Under the pieces are notes generated by a model, which saw nothing but the letters and a program-made list of their open reading frames with translations, ran no database searches and was not told the origin of the DNA. Made by a program: the position numbers and the translations under genes. A stretch of DNA of 60,874 nucleotides, the filler included, from Sphacelaria rigidula (taxonomy: Eukaryota), in assembly GCA_964200075.2 (NCBI GenBank). It is 9 parts of 9 records of this genome, joined end to end, with 100 filler letters (N's around TTAATTAATTAA, not from the genome) between each part and the next. Parts side by side here need not be neighbours in the genome. Positions count along the whole stretch, not along the records: positions 33,877 to 40,551 come from CAXNAA020018701.1; positions 40,652 to 47,326 come from CAXNAA020018702.1; positions 47,427 to 54,100 come from CAXNAA020018703.1; 6 more parts are not named here. The stretch is one strand, 5' to 3'. Below, in pieces: positions 35,500 through 47,487 of the stretch (positions are counted from its first letter, which is position 1; every line of letters begins with the position of its first letter).

Positions 35500-37760
35500 T
35501 GGTTTTCGATACCATGCAACCACAAATATTTCCGTGCAATGTCTTGTCATTACTTGTGCAGTACGTAGACTTAGTTTCCCTGCTTGATCGTTTTGCCCTT
35601 CATGCCCAGCGTACCATGCAAGTTGACTGCGCGACTACATACCGTGTCTTGACAATTCTTACAGGCCCTACATATGGTTTTCAGACACTCATTCCGCTGA
35701 TGTGGTCGCTGAATCCCCTTGGGGGGGGCGAAGTACGAGTTCCTACTGTCTTGATGGTTGCTGTACAGCGTGCACATCATGAGAAATGCACAAGCTTTTT
35801 GACCGAGGTGTTGCCCACCTAACTTTCCCCGGCAATGTTTGTGGACTACACGATATATTTCTGGTGAAATTTGCCAAAAGCAGCTTTACTGCAGGATGTC
35901 ACAAGTGCTTGAGCTTGTTGATCAATAATACCGGCATACAACCAGCCCCCTCCAAACGCAACGCAATTGCTCAGAGGTCACGTCCATACAGTCGAAAAAC
36001 TACGTTCGTTTCTAGACCCACCGGGTACCTTGGACAGTTTATCCAGGAGCGTAGCATTCTAGTCGTCCCGCTGACCGATATTCTAAATAAGTAGGAAAGC
36101 CAACATTATTGCTACACGATGTAGGTAAACGCGCGCTCTCCTTTGCTGTCAAACTTATGTGCCGTACAACTGCAGCAAGACTTCACTACCACAATCCGGT
36201 CGTCTCATGGTGGCTCAGCTAGGATATGGCATACGAACTAGACACTCGCTCAAGGACCATCAATGTACAACTCATGCGTGTGAGGTCACGTTTCGTGTCA
36301 TTTCTGTGATTTTTCTCCGTATATTTAGTACAACGTACCTCACTATTATATTTTTATTCAGCATGCCTTGTCTATTTTAATTTCGCCATGATCATGTCTA
36401 CAGAACCTAGGGGAACGGCTGCTGAAAAGGTTACAAAATCGATCTTGGCCCCAGAGAGAGTACGTTTCACGCACACTCTGGCACAATCGTACCCTACCCG
36501 ACGACCCGACGCCATGCTACCGTCTGCACGTTTCCCTTCGAGCTCTGGACTGGCCGTAAACACTACACACGTACCACCGCTGTCTCAAAAGCAAGAAGTT
36601 CCTTCCATATCCGCCCACCCCATCCGAAACACCTCATACCCGACGTGTTTGCGTCCCACCTTGGGGTGGACCAAACTGGAACGCTGCACCCACATTCCAC
36701 CTGACCCCTGAATTTGCCCCCGTGTTGGACTGCATTGCCTGTATACGTCACCATGTTGGATTGCCGAGAACTTTCCGTTGTTTCAGGCACTGTCGGGTGG
36801 GGAAAAGGGAAAGACTTCAAAAGGAGGGGGGGGCGTACTCATTTGTTTCGAGCATCCACGTAATTTCCCCAGCTGCTGTAATCTGCACTGTTCCCAACTC
36901 CTTCACCAAAAGGGGGGGCGTACTTATTTGCCTCGAGCATCCAAGTAATTTCCTTAGCTGCTGTAATCAGCACTGTTCCCAACTCCTTCACCAAAAGGGG
37001 GGGCGTACTCATTTGTTTCGAGCATCCAAGTAATTCCCCCAGCTGCTGTCATCTGTACTGTTCCTAACTCCTTCACCAACTTCACTGCATCCAAGTATTC
37101 TCTGAGCTGTTGCAATCTGTACTATTCCTAACTTGTTCACTATTTTTATGGCATTCAAGTATTCTTTCACCTGCTGCCATTTGCACCGTTTCCGCATCAA
37201 AGTATTATTTTAGCTGCTGCCAGCTGCACTGTTTCCAATTTCTTCAGCAACTTCACCCCTTGCTTTGCCATGTCTAACGCTAGTATCAGGTCACCAAGGA
37301 ATACCTCGAGTAGAGAGAGTGTAACGTACATCCTGGTGCGAGTAACTTATATTCTGGTGCGACTCCTTGCAAAATATCAAAATATTTCGATATTTCCCTG
37401 TGTAGCATCATCGCACTTTGGCACATGTCTGTCGTCTTCATCGTCCACACCTTTCCTTTGATCACAGTTCCTAATATATTTTCCTACAGCCCATTGCCCC
37501 ATACTGCGTCATGAGCCTTTTGCACCTGTATCACCCCACAGTTTCTTCGACCCCGCCATCGCACTCGAAGCACCCCGCTTCCCCACGTAGTGATGCTTTG
37601 AAGCTTTTGCCCATAGGTGCTACCTCGTGGAAAGACTATAGCAGTGCCGAGCTGATGCACCACGTGTATGATTATGGGAAATTCTTTCGGCGAGTACTAT
37701 ACGAAGATGGAGACTGGAAAGAGCTATCTCGCCGGGAACTCGAGGGCCCCAAGCTGGAAC
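35500..37760 (+). mobile_element. Highly decayed Ty3/Gypsy LTR-retrotransposon pol fragments
   Basis: 35860-36095 reads GIQPAPSKRNAIAQ..RP..VEKLRSFL..TGYLGQFI...ILVVPLTDIL (RT thumb/connection, with frameshifts). A weak RNase H-like trace lies at ~37270-37520. 37610-37745 reads VYDYGKFFRRVLYEDGDWKELSRREL (Tudor/chromo-like pol C-terminus). LTRs were not identified. Confidence 0.7.
36818..37260 (-). repeat. Minisatellite: three ~85-bp units plus shorter degenerate units, derived from a LINE RT fragment
   Basis: Units start at ~36818, 36907 and 36992 (CAAAAGGGGGGGCGTACTCATTTG...). The minus strand of the degenerate units reads VKLLKKLETVQLAAAKIIL*C and IVNKLGIVQIATAQRILGCS. Confidence 0.75.
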
Positions 37761-38929
37761 GGAGGAACCAAAGAGAGACTGGAGCCATGAACGTTCACGA
37801 TAGCTGTTGTGTGATGTGGTATATGATATTATTGCGAGAGGAATGCGGTGATGAAATAAGGGAATGAGTAACGATATATCGCTGCTACCGTACGCTTCAG
37901 TCATGAATTTCGAGCGTTCTTGTCTTTTTCTTTTGTTGCTTTGTTATTGATTGGTCCCCATTTGGTAATATACGGGCACATCTGTGAGCCAAAGCGCGTG
38001 GGCTCTATTTCCGGTAGAATAGGTGTCAGTAGTTACAGAAGAGCACCCATCAAAAGCTGGACTCCTGTAACTATTGATCAGTCCGTGCGAAGTTTGTTTT
38101 TAGCGACGTTCAAGCCCCGCACTACCCCAGAATCCAGTGTAACTGATCCGCGGTGTCGACGCGCGATCACGCTATCTAGCCGATCATTCTCCAGTCTAGC
38201 TGAGATCCCGGGAAAACAACAGCGACCGTACTTGTCTGCTGTTTTTGTCGTTGGAAAGGGCGTTATAGATTGTTTTCCTTTCCTAACGGATGAAGTTTTC
38301 CCCTGCTTATCAGGGTTTACCTATTCATAAGATCTGCAACGAGTTTTCCCCTGTACTATATTTCAGCAGGTTTTTCTCGTTTTACTCTCAGGCGTATGAT
38401 GCACAAGCTTTGTTTTTGTTCTTGCCCTTCCAGCCCTCTAATAAATTTGTGTTAAGCCATAAATATATGGCTAGGGGGATGTTACAGATTTATTGGTCAT
38501 TTTGCATTCGACTCGATTCCATGTGTCATACTTTGTCATGCTTGGTACCTGGTAGGTCATACTACATTTTGAGGTAGATTTGATTTGTCCCCCCTCGGGT
38601 GTCACAGCGTTTCGGGCCATGCATCTCAACTAGCAAAGCACAAGTTAGCCTGTACGCCAATAATACAAGAGCATCTACACCATCACGGACTGCTATCTCA
38701 GAAGATTCTCTGGTCTTCACAAATGTAAGCCTGACCTTCATGCAACACATGTTGTGCTGCAGCCTGCGCGGCTCACGGCATGCCACCTGACTACTGGTGC
38801 GGTGACTGACTTTACACTTGGTAACGTCGAGCTCGATGGCTTCGACACTATTGATTGTGTTTGGGCCCGCTAGCCCCCGGTGCCCACTGAACTGGCATCT
38901 TCCTACCTAGGTGGTGAGTATCGAACCAT

Positions 38930-39560
38930 GACAGCCGTACAATGCCAGAGTACGAGGCGTTTAATATGTTTGCAATGGCAGCAGGAGACAGTCTCGTGAC
39001 AGCACGGGGTACGCCTACTGCCCGCCGCAGCTGCTATAGCAACTCCGCACGGGGTTTGACAAGCGGATAATAAGTGCTGACGCCGTACCCTGCGGCGATG
39101 GTAATATTTTATGCTGCGCGGCGCTGCCATATGTAACACTATAACGAACGCTAATGTACTCTCCTAGCTGTTGTCGCTGTGCTTGACGAGCGCTGCACGG
39201 GACTGCACTCCTGCATTCCGCTCGCGCACTGTTTGTTCGCTGTCGTCGCAATGCCGACTGTGCATCATGTGCTACCGCACAGTATTATCATGTACTGTAC
39301 TACTGATGAAGTGTCGTGCACTGTATTACCCTAGGGTACCAAGGTACGACACTGTACTCGATGGATTGTCCACTACCTGCCTGCTCTTCGGCTTCGTGCA
39401 CGAGTACGCAGAACCATACACATGCAGAAATTGACTGTCTGTGTACAGGACCGTTTCACAAATCTGTGATACTGTACTGCTTGTGCCATCAAAAGGTCCC
39501 CCCAGTTTTGCGTTCGCGACTTGGAGTCCCCCCGATTTTTTCAAAACCGGCTTCCCAAGA
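38930..39560. mobile_element. Dispersed repeat family B; inverted copy at ~42620-43245
   Basis: GCTGACGCCGTACCCTGCGGCGATGGTAAT and TATTACCCTAGGGTACCAAGGTACGAC have reverse-complement matches at ~43060-43090 and ~42825-42852. Confidence 0.75.
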
Positions 39561-39896
39561 AGTCGAGATTCGTTCGATATAAAAGTGGGCCTTAGACTCA
39601 CAGATTACTGAATCCAGGTGAAACAAATCCGCGGCGCACAGATTTGCATACCATACTGTTCTCACTTGAGTACCTCCACCAGAGTTTCGAGTTTTATCTT
39701 TAGCGTGTTTGAACAGCTCACAGTACCGTAGGTGTATCGTGCGTTGTGGTGTGCTGTAGTGATGTCGCGTCACTGCCACGGAGAGGTTATCACCACCCCA
39801 CTAACACCAGTGTCGGTTCTTTCGATCACAGAAGTAAGCGACCATACCCCCCTTGTTGCTGCTCAATTCGAATCCTTCATCGAAGAATCGACAGAC

Positions 39897-40115
39897 CACC
39901 CGCCAGGCAGCGACAGAGCGCATCACATGTCTCCTCTCTCTACGTCGCTGCAATGCTCTTGCCAGGAGACTGACGAGCAAAACGTGTCGCATTTTGTTTC
40001 ACACATTGCCACCCGCCAGGCAGCGACAGAGCACATCACATGTCTCCTCTCTCTACGTCGCTGCAATGCTCTTGTCAGGAGACTGACGAGAAAAACGTGT
40101 CGCATTTTGTTTCAC
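39897..40115. repeat. Recent tandem duplication, period ~113 bp
   Basis: CACCCGCCAGGCAGCGACAGAGC...AAAACGTGTCGCATTTTGTTTCACA occurs twice with few mismatches. Confidence 0.9.
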
Positions 40116-40703
40116 ATGCGCGAAGCGGACTCCATGGCGCGTCGGGTGCTAGGGTGGTTGCTTCGTGTGTTTTTCGTTGTTGTCAACAGGATCACTTACA
40201 ACGACACAGCCAGCACGCCCGCACATCCAAGACGAACGCGGCGTGAACCCATTATGACGGTCTGCCGGCCAAAACGCACAATCCTGTGTGCAAAAATCAG
40301 TGCTTGCCGACCCCCGTCAGTTTGCCCACAAATCGGCGGGACTCGGGCGCCTCCTTCCTGGCCGCAAAAATTTTCATCCAAAAGGTTGAATACCCTCTAC
40401 CCATAACATGATGATGCGTGTAACCAGGGGGCAGCGCGGAGAACATTTTCGGACATGTAGCCCCCCCCCCCTCGCCACGGCAGAGGCAAATGTAGAGACG
40501 TCGAAACGAGAGGATAGTGGCTCGACAGAATTGCAGAGAGAGTTTACTAGGNNNNNNNNNNNNNNNNNNNNNNNNNNNNNNNNNNNNNNNNNNNNTTAAT
40601 TAATTAANNNNNNNNNNNNNNNNNNNNNNNNNNNNNNNNNNNNNNNNNNNNACGGGTAGGGGAAGGGGGTGGGTGGTGGGCGAGAAAACCAAAAAAGAGG
40701 AGA

Positions 40704-40735
<32 letters not shown>

Positions 40736-41024
40736 CGTGAGTGCAGTAGTTGCGAACAAACGGCCCCGGGATTTTGACGCAAAAGGAAAAAAACACGCCT
40801 TCTGTAATACTTTTCACCTTCATAATGTGCATTTGGGTGTCACGAGCACCCTCAATAGTAGCAGGTGGGACGTTGATGACAGAAGCACGTACCCGTGTCC
40901 GTGCGTACAGTAGATGACACGACTGGAGCAAATCCTGACAAAATTGACGGATTGATAGATAGATTGTCGAACAATTACCTCATCCCCGCGGTATGTCCAG
41001 CTGTGACCACAACGTGAACGTATC

Positions 41025-41933
41025 CAAGGGCAGGTCGAGTAGAGTATGCTCAATATTCAGTATTTTCCAAGAGTCATACTTTTAGCACTCGAAATTTTAG
41101 TCGAGTATTTGAGACCGTACTCAACCTACTCAAAAATTTGAGTCGAGTATTTGAGGCCGTACTCGACCTGACTCAAAATTTGAGTAGAGTTTCAAGGTCA
41201 TAACCAAGTGAAACCCTATACTCAAGCATTACTGAGAGTACTTGCTCGATATCTGAGTCGAGTATTAGAGGTCGTACACGATTTTCTCAATTTTTCAGTA
41301 GAGTATTTGAGGCCGTACTCAACCCATTCAAAAATTGAGTAGAATATTGGAGGTCGTACTCAATCTACCAAAATTTGAGCAGAGTATCTGAGGTCATACG
41401 TAATCCACCCGAAAGACGGGTATAGTATCTGGGGCCTGACCCGATGTCGACCGCTGACTCTCCCATGGAGGAGTCACATGTGCAGCCCGTAAAGTCGCTC
41501 ATTTTGAGGACACCGACCCGACAATCCGTCTCCTCGATTACCCAGTGATGATGAGTAGCGCTCTTTACTAAAAGTGATGTCGAAGGGGTTGAGAGGTGTC
41601 AAGTATGTACTGCCATTGGTGAGGGGAGGTGAGCTGGGGCAGGTAGTTTTATTCACCTGCACGCTTTTGTTCATTTTTTATGGTCATAATTCGCTCATAA
41701 TCACTGTAGCCCGTGACGTACCGCCACTCATGTATTTGATGGCCATTGCTAACTTCGCTCATGTATTCAAGATAGTCTGTGAAGTGCACGAGGTCTCCAA
41801 AGGGTTATCATACCCAAGTGATAGTCTATACTCAAGTATTACCGAGAGGGCTTACTCAATATTTGAGTAGGGTACACACTGGGGTATTTTACTCGAGTAC
41901 TCAGAAGTACATACTCTACTCTAACTGCCCCTG
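41025..41933. mobile_element. Non-autonomous hAT-like element (~909 bp) with an array of ~41-bp subterminal GAGTA/TACTC repeats
   Basis: TIRs CAAGGGCAGGTCGAGTAGAGTATG / CATACTCTACTCTAACTGCCCCTG. The flanks AACGTATC and TACGCATC match at 6 of 8 positions (degenerate TSD). The unit GAGTATTTGAGGCCGTACTCAACC..CTCAAAATTTGAGTA repeats through 41103-41400. Confidence 0.78.
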
Positions 41934-43781
41934 TACGCATCCAAGATTTAAAAAACAGGGCATTTATCGTTAAACGTCACAAGTTTCGTGGTCCCCCACC
42001 GTATTACTAGCCTGGCCCGACGTTTTCATTTGACCAGACTTGATGTTGGAAAGGGCTCCGCGTGTAACGAATTTTGTGTCGCGTAACGTCGAGTGCCCTG
42101 AAAAAAATGAATAAAACACGAATTGGCTACAACACAAGAAACTCGAGAAAGAGGGAAGACGAATAAGGAAAAATATGCAGCGAGCGGAAAGTAGCTGAAC
42201 AAAATAGACAGTATTTGACGCAAATAAATAAAAAACGGCAGAGGGGAAGCAAAGGAAAATAAGAAAACAAAAAACGGTCCCGATGGAAACGAAGTTGTCC
42301 AGAAGATAATTGCTTCGCACCTTATTCTGCAGATACACTGGGTCGAGCCTCCTTGGACGTAGAACCCAAGGGAGGTTGAAAGGCCCACCCCCGTCCATGC
42401 GCCTTGCACGCTCCAGGCTCTCCCAGGCTACGCACGCCTGAGGCAGACCCAAGCACGGGGAAGGAGCGAGAATAAGATCCAAAGCTATCGTAGGTAGGAT
42501 TGCCGCGGTGAGTGCCACGAGAAGTACAAGAATGAAGGAACTTACACACTTGCGCGAGGAAGAATCGAAAAGCTGAAAATAAAACTAGCTTTTGTGGCGA
42601 CGAGTCCCGATTTTTTTAGACTCTCATCTTGAAGAAATCGGGGGAAGTCAAATTCGCAAACTCAAAATTGAGGGGACCGTTTGTTGGTGCAGACAACAGT
42701 ATCACAGATTTGTGACATAGTTCTAGACATAGCCACTTTTTGGAACTTTTTGGAGTGTTATACTGCGTACTCGTGCATGAAGCCCGAGAGCAGGCAGGCG
42801 GTGACTAATCCTTCGAGTATAGCGTCGTACCTTGGTACTCTAGGGTAATACAGTGCAGGACACTCCATCACTACAGTACATGATTATGCCGTGTGGTAAA
42901 ACATGATGGCACGGTCGGTATTCCGAGACCAGTAAACAAACAGCGCGCCAACGCTTCAGCAGTGCAGTGCTACACAACACCCCGCAAGTACAGCGACAAC
43001 AGACTAGGGAAGTACGGTAGAGTTCATCATAGTGATACCTATGGCAGCGCAGCATAAAAAATTACCATCGCCGCAGGGTACAGCGTCAGCCCTTCTATTT
43101 TCACTCGTCAAACCCGGTGCGAAGCTGCTTCAGCAGCTGTCGCGGGCAGACGCACCCTGCGCTGTCGCGAGACTGTCTTCTGCTGCCGTTGCAAAAATAT
43201 CAAACGCCTCGTACCCCACCATTGTACGTCAATGCACGTACCGTTTCAAGATGGTGACTCCCCCTATTTGGTCCAAGATGGTGTCCATAAGATGCGTTCC
43301 CCGATTTTTCCCCCCCCGATCCTCGGAAAAATCGAGATTGGTGACTACCATAAAGTATTATCCAAGAGAAAACACAGGGGGGGGGGACCCGACAGACGAG
43401 ACAAGCATCAACATTTTGTATCTCGAGTGTGTTGTGTGTGCGTGGGTGCAATCAGAGCCTACTTCATTCAGGGTCTTCACATAGCACCACGCTACGAGCT
43501 GGGACGGCCAAGGATTCGCCGCCGATCGACATAACACACCACCCATGCGCGGCGCGATCACTGCCCTCGCGGGGAATGGATCCAACAAGTGAAATAAAAA
43601 CACTGGGTTCTTGGGCGATGTTAGGTCTCACCCGTTCGTCAATAATCTGGTGTCAAAACCTTCACCTCGTGACTCGAAAACTTGCGCCGCACACGGACGT
43701 TTTCGCGTGATAGACCAAAAGAAAAAACCGTGTGCCGATAAAATACGAGGTCAAGAATAGCTCCCGCCAAAACATTGATGA

Positions 43782-44145
43782 TGTGTATGCGTGTTGTATT
43801 TTGTCGTCCCATCTATTTTGGGCGCCGGTCGACACCTTCTTGATATACGTGGGCGCACCAGCCGGGGTCACACAGGAGGAAGGCCTACACAGGAACTTGT
43901 TCTTCATTTCTTTCAGTTTTCCACCTTCCTTCTGCGGTGCTTGCCGTTATTCTCCACCGCGAGAGGGAGGTTCAGCACTCCATTTCCCATGTCGACCACT
44001 ATGTCGAATTATGTGTACCCACGACGTAGTCGCTCTCCACTGTTGGGCATGGTGTGAGAAAAAATCCCAGGTCGCTCCGAGGTTCGAACCCACGACCCAA
44101 CCGTCCGGAGGTTCCGAGGTTACCAACTGAGCCACCGGGGCGACC
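43782..44145 (-). mobile_element. tRNA-derived SINE, full length
   Basis: Minus-strand head GGTCGCCCCGGTGGCTCAGTTGGTAA (A box) ...GGTTCGAACC (B box), a ~270-bp conserved body and a CA-rich tail. Confidence 0.88.
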
Positions 44146-44242
44146 GGCACTTGATGAAGACAACGCCGGCGATTTTGCCACGTGCGATTGCTTTGAACGA
44201 CGAAGAAGTAATTGCATATCTTGACGTCTATGCAGCATGGGA

Positions 44243-44593
44243 GTGTGTGTTGTCTCATCTATTCTGGACGCCGGTCTACACCTTTCGGTATATGTGGGCG
44301 CACCTGCCGCTGTCACACAGGAGGACGGTCAACACGGACTTTTTTTGTTCTTGTTCTTCGTACCCCAACTTCCTTTTGCGGTGCTTGCCTTTATTCTCCA
44401 CCGCGACAGGGAGGTTCAGCACTCCCTTCCCCTCGTCGACCGTCAAGTCGAATTAATTTTGTGTATCAAAGACATAGTCGCTCTCCACTGTTAGGCATGG
44501 TGTGAGAAAAAATCCCAGATCGCTCCGAGATTCGAACCCACGACCCAACCGTCCGGAGGTTTCGTGGTTACCAACTGAGCCACCGGGGCGACC
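44243..44593 (-). mobile_element. tRNA-derived SINE, full length, tandem with the previous copy
   Basis: Same head (A box, GGTTCGAATC B box), body and (CA)n tail. Confidence 0.88.
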
Positions 44594-44599
44594 GATTAT

Positions 44600-45340
44600 G
44601 GGAGCACCCGAAGGATTGGCGGCATCCGTATGCATGAGTCTCTCACTGCCACCCGGTGCGCTGCACTGTCTATCCTCCACGTAGCGAGAGCACAGTCGGG
44701 CTTCAGGCCTCTTTCCTGAACATCGTTTTTGCGGCACCCTTCTGGCACCGGTAACTCCGGCGCAACATACTTACGATAGGTGAGTTGGTGAACAGCACGC
44801 ACGGCATATATGGCGACATAAACAGCCGCAGTTCAACTCATCAAAGTAATGTTGCGCCGGAGTCACCGTCGGCAGAAATTTCCCGCGATATCGATGTTCC
44901 TAGAGGGGGCCTGGCGGCCAAGAGGTTGCTACGTCTGGCGAATCCCGCAGACCAAGACCCTGCTGCTTGTTTTGGAGCTTGAACAGTTAACGTCTACATA
45001 GGCTCCCCGCCGTACCCTCTTTTAGTTGACAACTCAGCCGCCACGAGTGCAACCCGCCTCTACCCCCGCGTGATCAGGCGAACGGCTGCGAAGTGCACGT
45101 GGCCGGACACGTCTTAGGTCTCACTCAGCGTAGTCAAGACTCGACTGCCACTAATCCCCATGTATGGTGGGGACAGAGATTCTCTCCCATCATAGATCTC
45201 TTGGCGAGCTTGACACCGTGGCGCAGAGCGTGCGCAGCCCCGCAAGGGTAGTGCCAGCAAGCGGCAACACCAGACCGTTCAAGCATAAAAAATCCCGCCG
45301 CATTTTTGACAAACCCTTCCACCGCTTTCACTAGACAAGC
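44600..45340 (+). mobile_element. Decayed non-LTR retrotransposon 3' region, probably the restriction-like endonuclease type
   Basis: Fragmentary translations HQSNVAPESPSAEISRDIDVPRGGL, KTLLL and RKG resemble the R-x-D...LLDVT endonuclease tail of CRE/R2-like LINEs. Heavily frameshifted. Confidence 0.4.
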
Positions 45341-45401
45341 TTCGCCCTTTACTTATTACCTAGTACTATCGGCTCGCGACCTTCTTCCTCGTGTTGACTA
45401 T

Positions 45402-46300
45402 TTAACGGCTTGACCGCGAGGGCAGCTCACCTGCTGGATCGGCAGTAAAATTCACTCGAAAAAGTATGTATGATCCTTATGAGACCACGGCTGGGCCCCT
45501 GGAAGGTTACTCAAAGTGCGACAATCAATCAGATGCACTAGCAGCACTGCGGTCTGAGGGTTAATCCTCAGACCGCGAGGTTAGTCTTCTGTTGAATCGG
45601 CATCAATTTCAAGTGAAAAAAAAGTATGTATGATCCAGAAAAACTTATCTCGCGGTCTAAACCCTTAAACAGCGGTGCGGGTCTTTACTTTTTTCAAGTG
45701 AAAGTTGATGCCGATTCAACAGGTGACCTAAGCTGGAGGTTTAATGGTTCACGGCGAGAGGAGTCCATTTGTTGAACCGGCATCAATTTCACTTGGGAAA
45801 CGTGTTAATCCAGACGGACTAGCTTACGACGGTTGGACCGCCAGGGTAGCTCATCTGTTGAATGACACTCATCTTCACTCGAAAAATGAACGCAAGACCC
45901 AGATGACCTACCCCTACGGCGAAACGGTTAATTGAATCCTAAACCGTTTACCCCCCAGAGTACACGATCTGTTGAATCGGCATCCCTCTTCCATAAATCT
46001 ACGTGCGAATGATGCCGATTCTACATTGCCTACCCTAGAGGTCCCAGGGTTGACCCCTTGACCGCCAGAGGAGGTCCCATAAAAATCATACCGGTTCAAC
46101 CCATGACCTACGCTGGCGGTGAAAGGGTAGCCTCTTCACCGTGAGCGTAGGCCGTTTGTGGATTCGTCATCAATTCTTTCGCCGCCGGACGTCGTCCATC
46201 ACGGACGCGGGATTACCGTCACTTGAAAAAGGGGTTTATTTCACTCGAAAGATTGTATCCTGCACCACCAGGTGGGACCACCCACGGAGTCAAAGGGCTG
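45402..46300. repeat. Cluster of about 8 abutting, diverged piggyBac-type mini-MITEs
   Basis: 45565-45660 is almost identical to the reverse complement of the 20419-20519 MITE. Neighbours share TGTTGAATCGGCATC and GACCGC..G motifs in both orientations, several joined at TTAA (45402, 45561, ~45741, ~45928). Confidence 0.8.
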
Positions 46301-46802
46301 ATAGCTGTCGGGGAACACGCGTGGCTACCAACCGATCACGAGGATATGTTGATATGTTAGATGGAAGGAATAAGGGATATCAAGTTGTCGGCCGGTCCAG
46401 CTCGAAATAAATTTGGTTGACGGCGTTCTCATCTTCACCATTCCAAGCTCAACAATGTACCGACCACACACTTGGTTGAGCTGCAGCGACACCGAGCAAC
46501 ACATCAGTGGACTGAAGCCGTAGAGCAAGTGAGAGAGAACTGTACTGTGTACTTATCATACCTTTCTTTTACTGTGTGTAACGTCCATTTGTCGTCAATC
46601 TGCAACCACGCTGGCCATCAGTTCAAGTATCTTATATAGATGCACCGTTGCAGCAGCAGATACTACATTTGTATCCGTGTACTGGTGTGTAGGATACTGT
46701 AGTTTTCAATCCATATTCGTACTGGTGCACTAGGAGTTGGGCCAGCCGAGAAGCGAATTTGTAGTTTGCAGGCCCATTAACTGGCCAGTATTTAGAGATC
46801 GA

Positions 46803-47092
46803 GGGATTTTTTCTCACACCATGTCCAACAGTGGAGAGCGACTATGTCGTGGGCACACGAAGTTCGACTTGACGGTTGACGAGGGAAAGGGACCGCTAAA
46901 CCGCTAAACCCCTCTCGCGATAAAAAAGCAAAGGCAAGCACCGCAGGAGGAAGGTGGGGTACTAAAAACAAACAGAAAAGAAAAAGCTCTTGTGTTGACC
47001 TTCCTCCTGTGTGACCCCAGCCGGTGCGTCCACACATACCGAAAGGTGTAGGCCGGCGCCCAGAATAGATGGGACGACAACACACACACACG
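46803..47092 (+). mobile_element. 5'-truncated tRNA-SINE; other fragments at 19866-20041(-), 21620-21875(+), 47250-47326(-) and 60668-60735(+)
   Basis: Body CACCATGTCCAACAGTGGAGAGCGAC...CCCAGAATAGATGGGACGACAACACACAC. Confidence 0.85.
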
Positions 47093-47487
47093 CGCGCGCT
47101 GAAACTTGGTACGGACAATGGATAGGGCATCATAATAAAAACAAATACCAGTGCACACAACGTTCTTTTTTTCATGAGTTAAGGGCATTGTACTGATACC
47201 TGAAAACTGATCATTGCCCTCAACTCATGAAGAAGAAACCAAAAACCTTGTGTGTGTTGTGTTGTGGTGTGTTGTCGTCCCATTTATTCTGGGCACCAGT
47301 CTGCACCTTTCGGTGTATGTGGGAGCNNNNNNNNNNNNNNNNNNNNNNNNNNNNNNNNNNNNNNNNNNNNTTAATTAATTAANNNNNNNNNNNNNNNNNN
47401 NNNNNNNNNNNNNNNNNNNNNNNNNNAAATTTGTCTCTTCGACGGTGTAACTCGCGTGTTGTTTCGAACCTGCGCGGCAGGAACGCA

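Noticed and set aside
36818..37080. CRISPR-like 85-bp periodicity
   Set aside because: The whole unit repeats; there is no repeat-spacer alternation.
37800..38800. 3' LTR of the Gypsy remnant
   Set aside because: The position is plausible, but no second copy, clear PPT or TG..CA boundaries could be identified in the contig.
41103..41400. CRISPR-like array of ~41-bp palindromic units
   Set aside because: No unique spacers, degenerate abutting units, no cas genes and a eukaryotic context. The array lies inside hAT-like TIRs.
44070..44145. tRNA gene calls at SINE heads (also ~44520-44593, 57104-57180, 60575-60650)
   Set aside because: A and B boxes are present, but the anticodon arm varies between copies and each head is fused to the same ~270-bp body. 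These are SINEs, not tRNAs.
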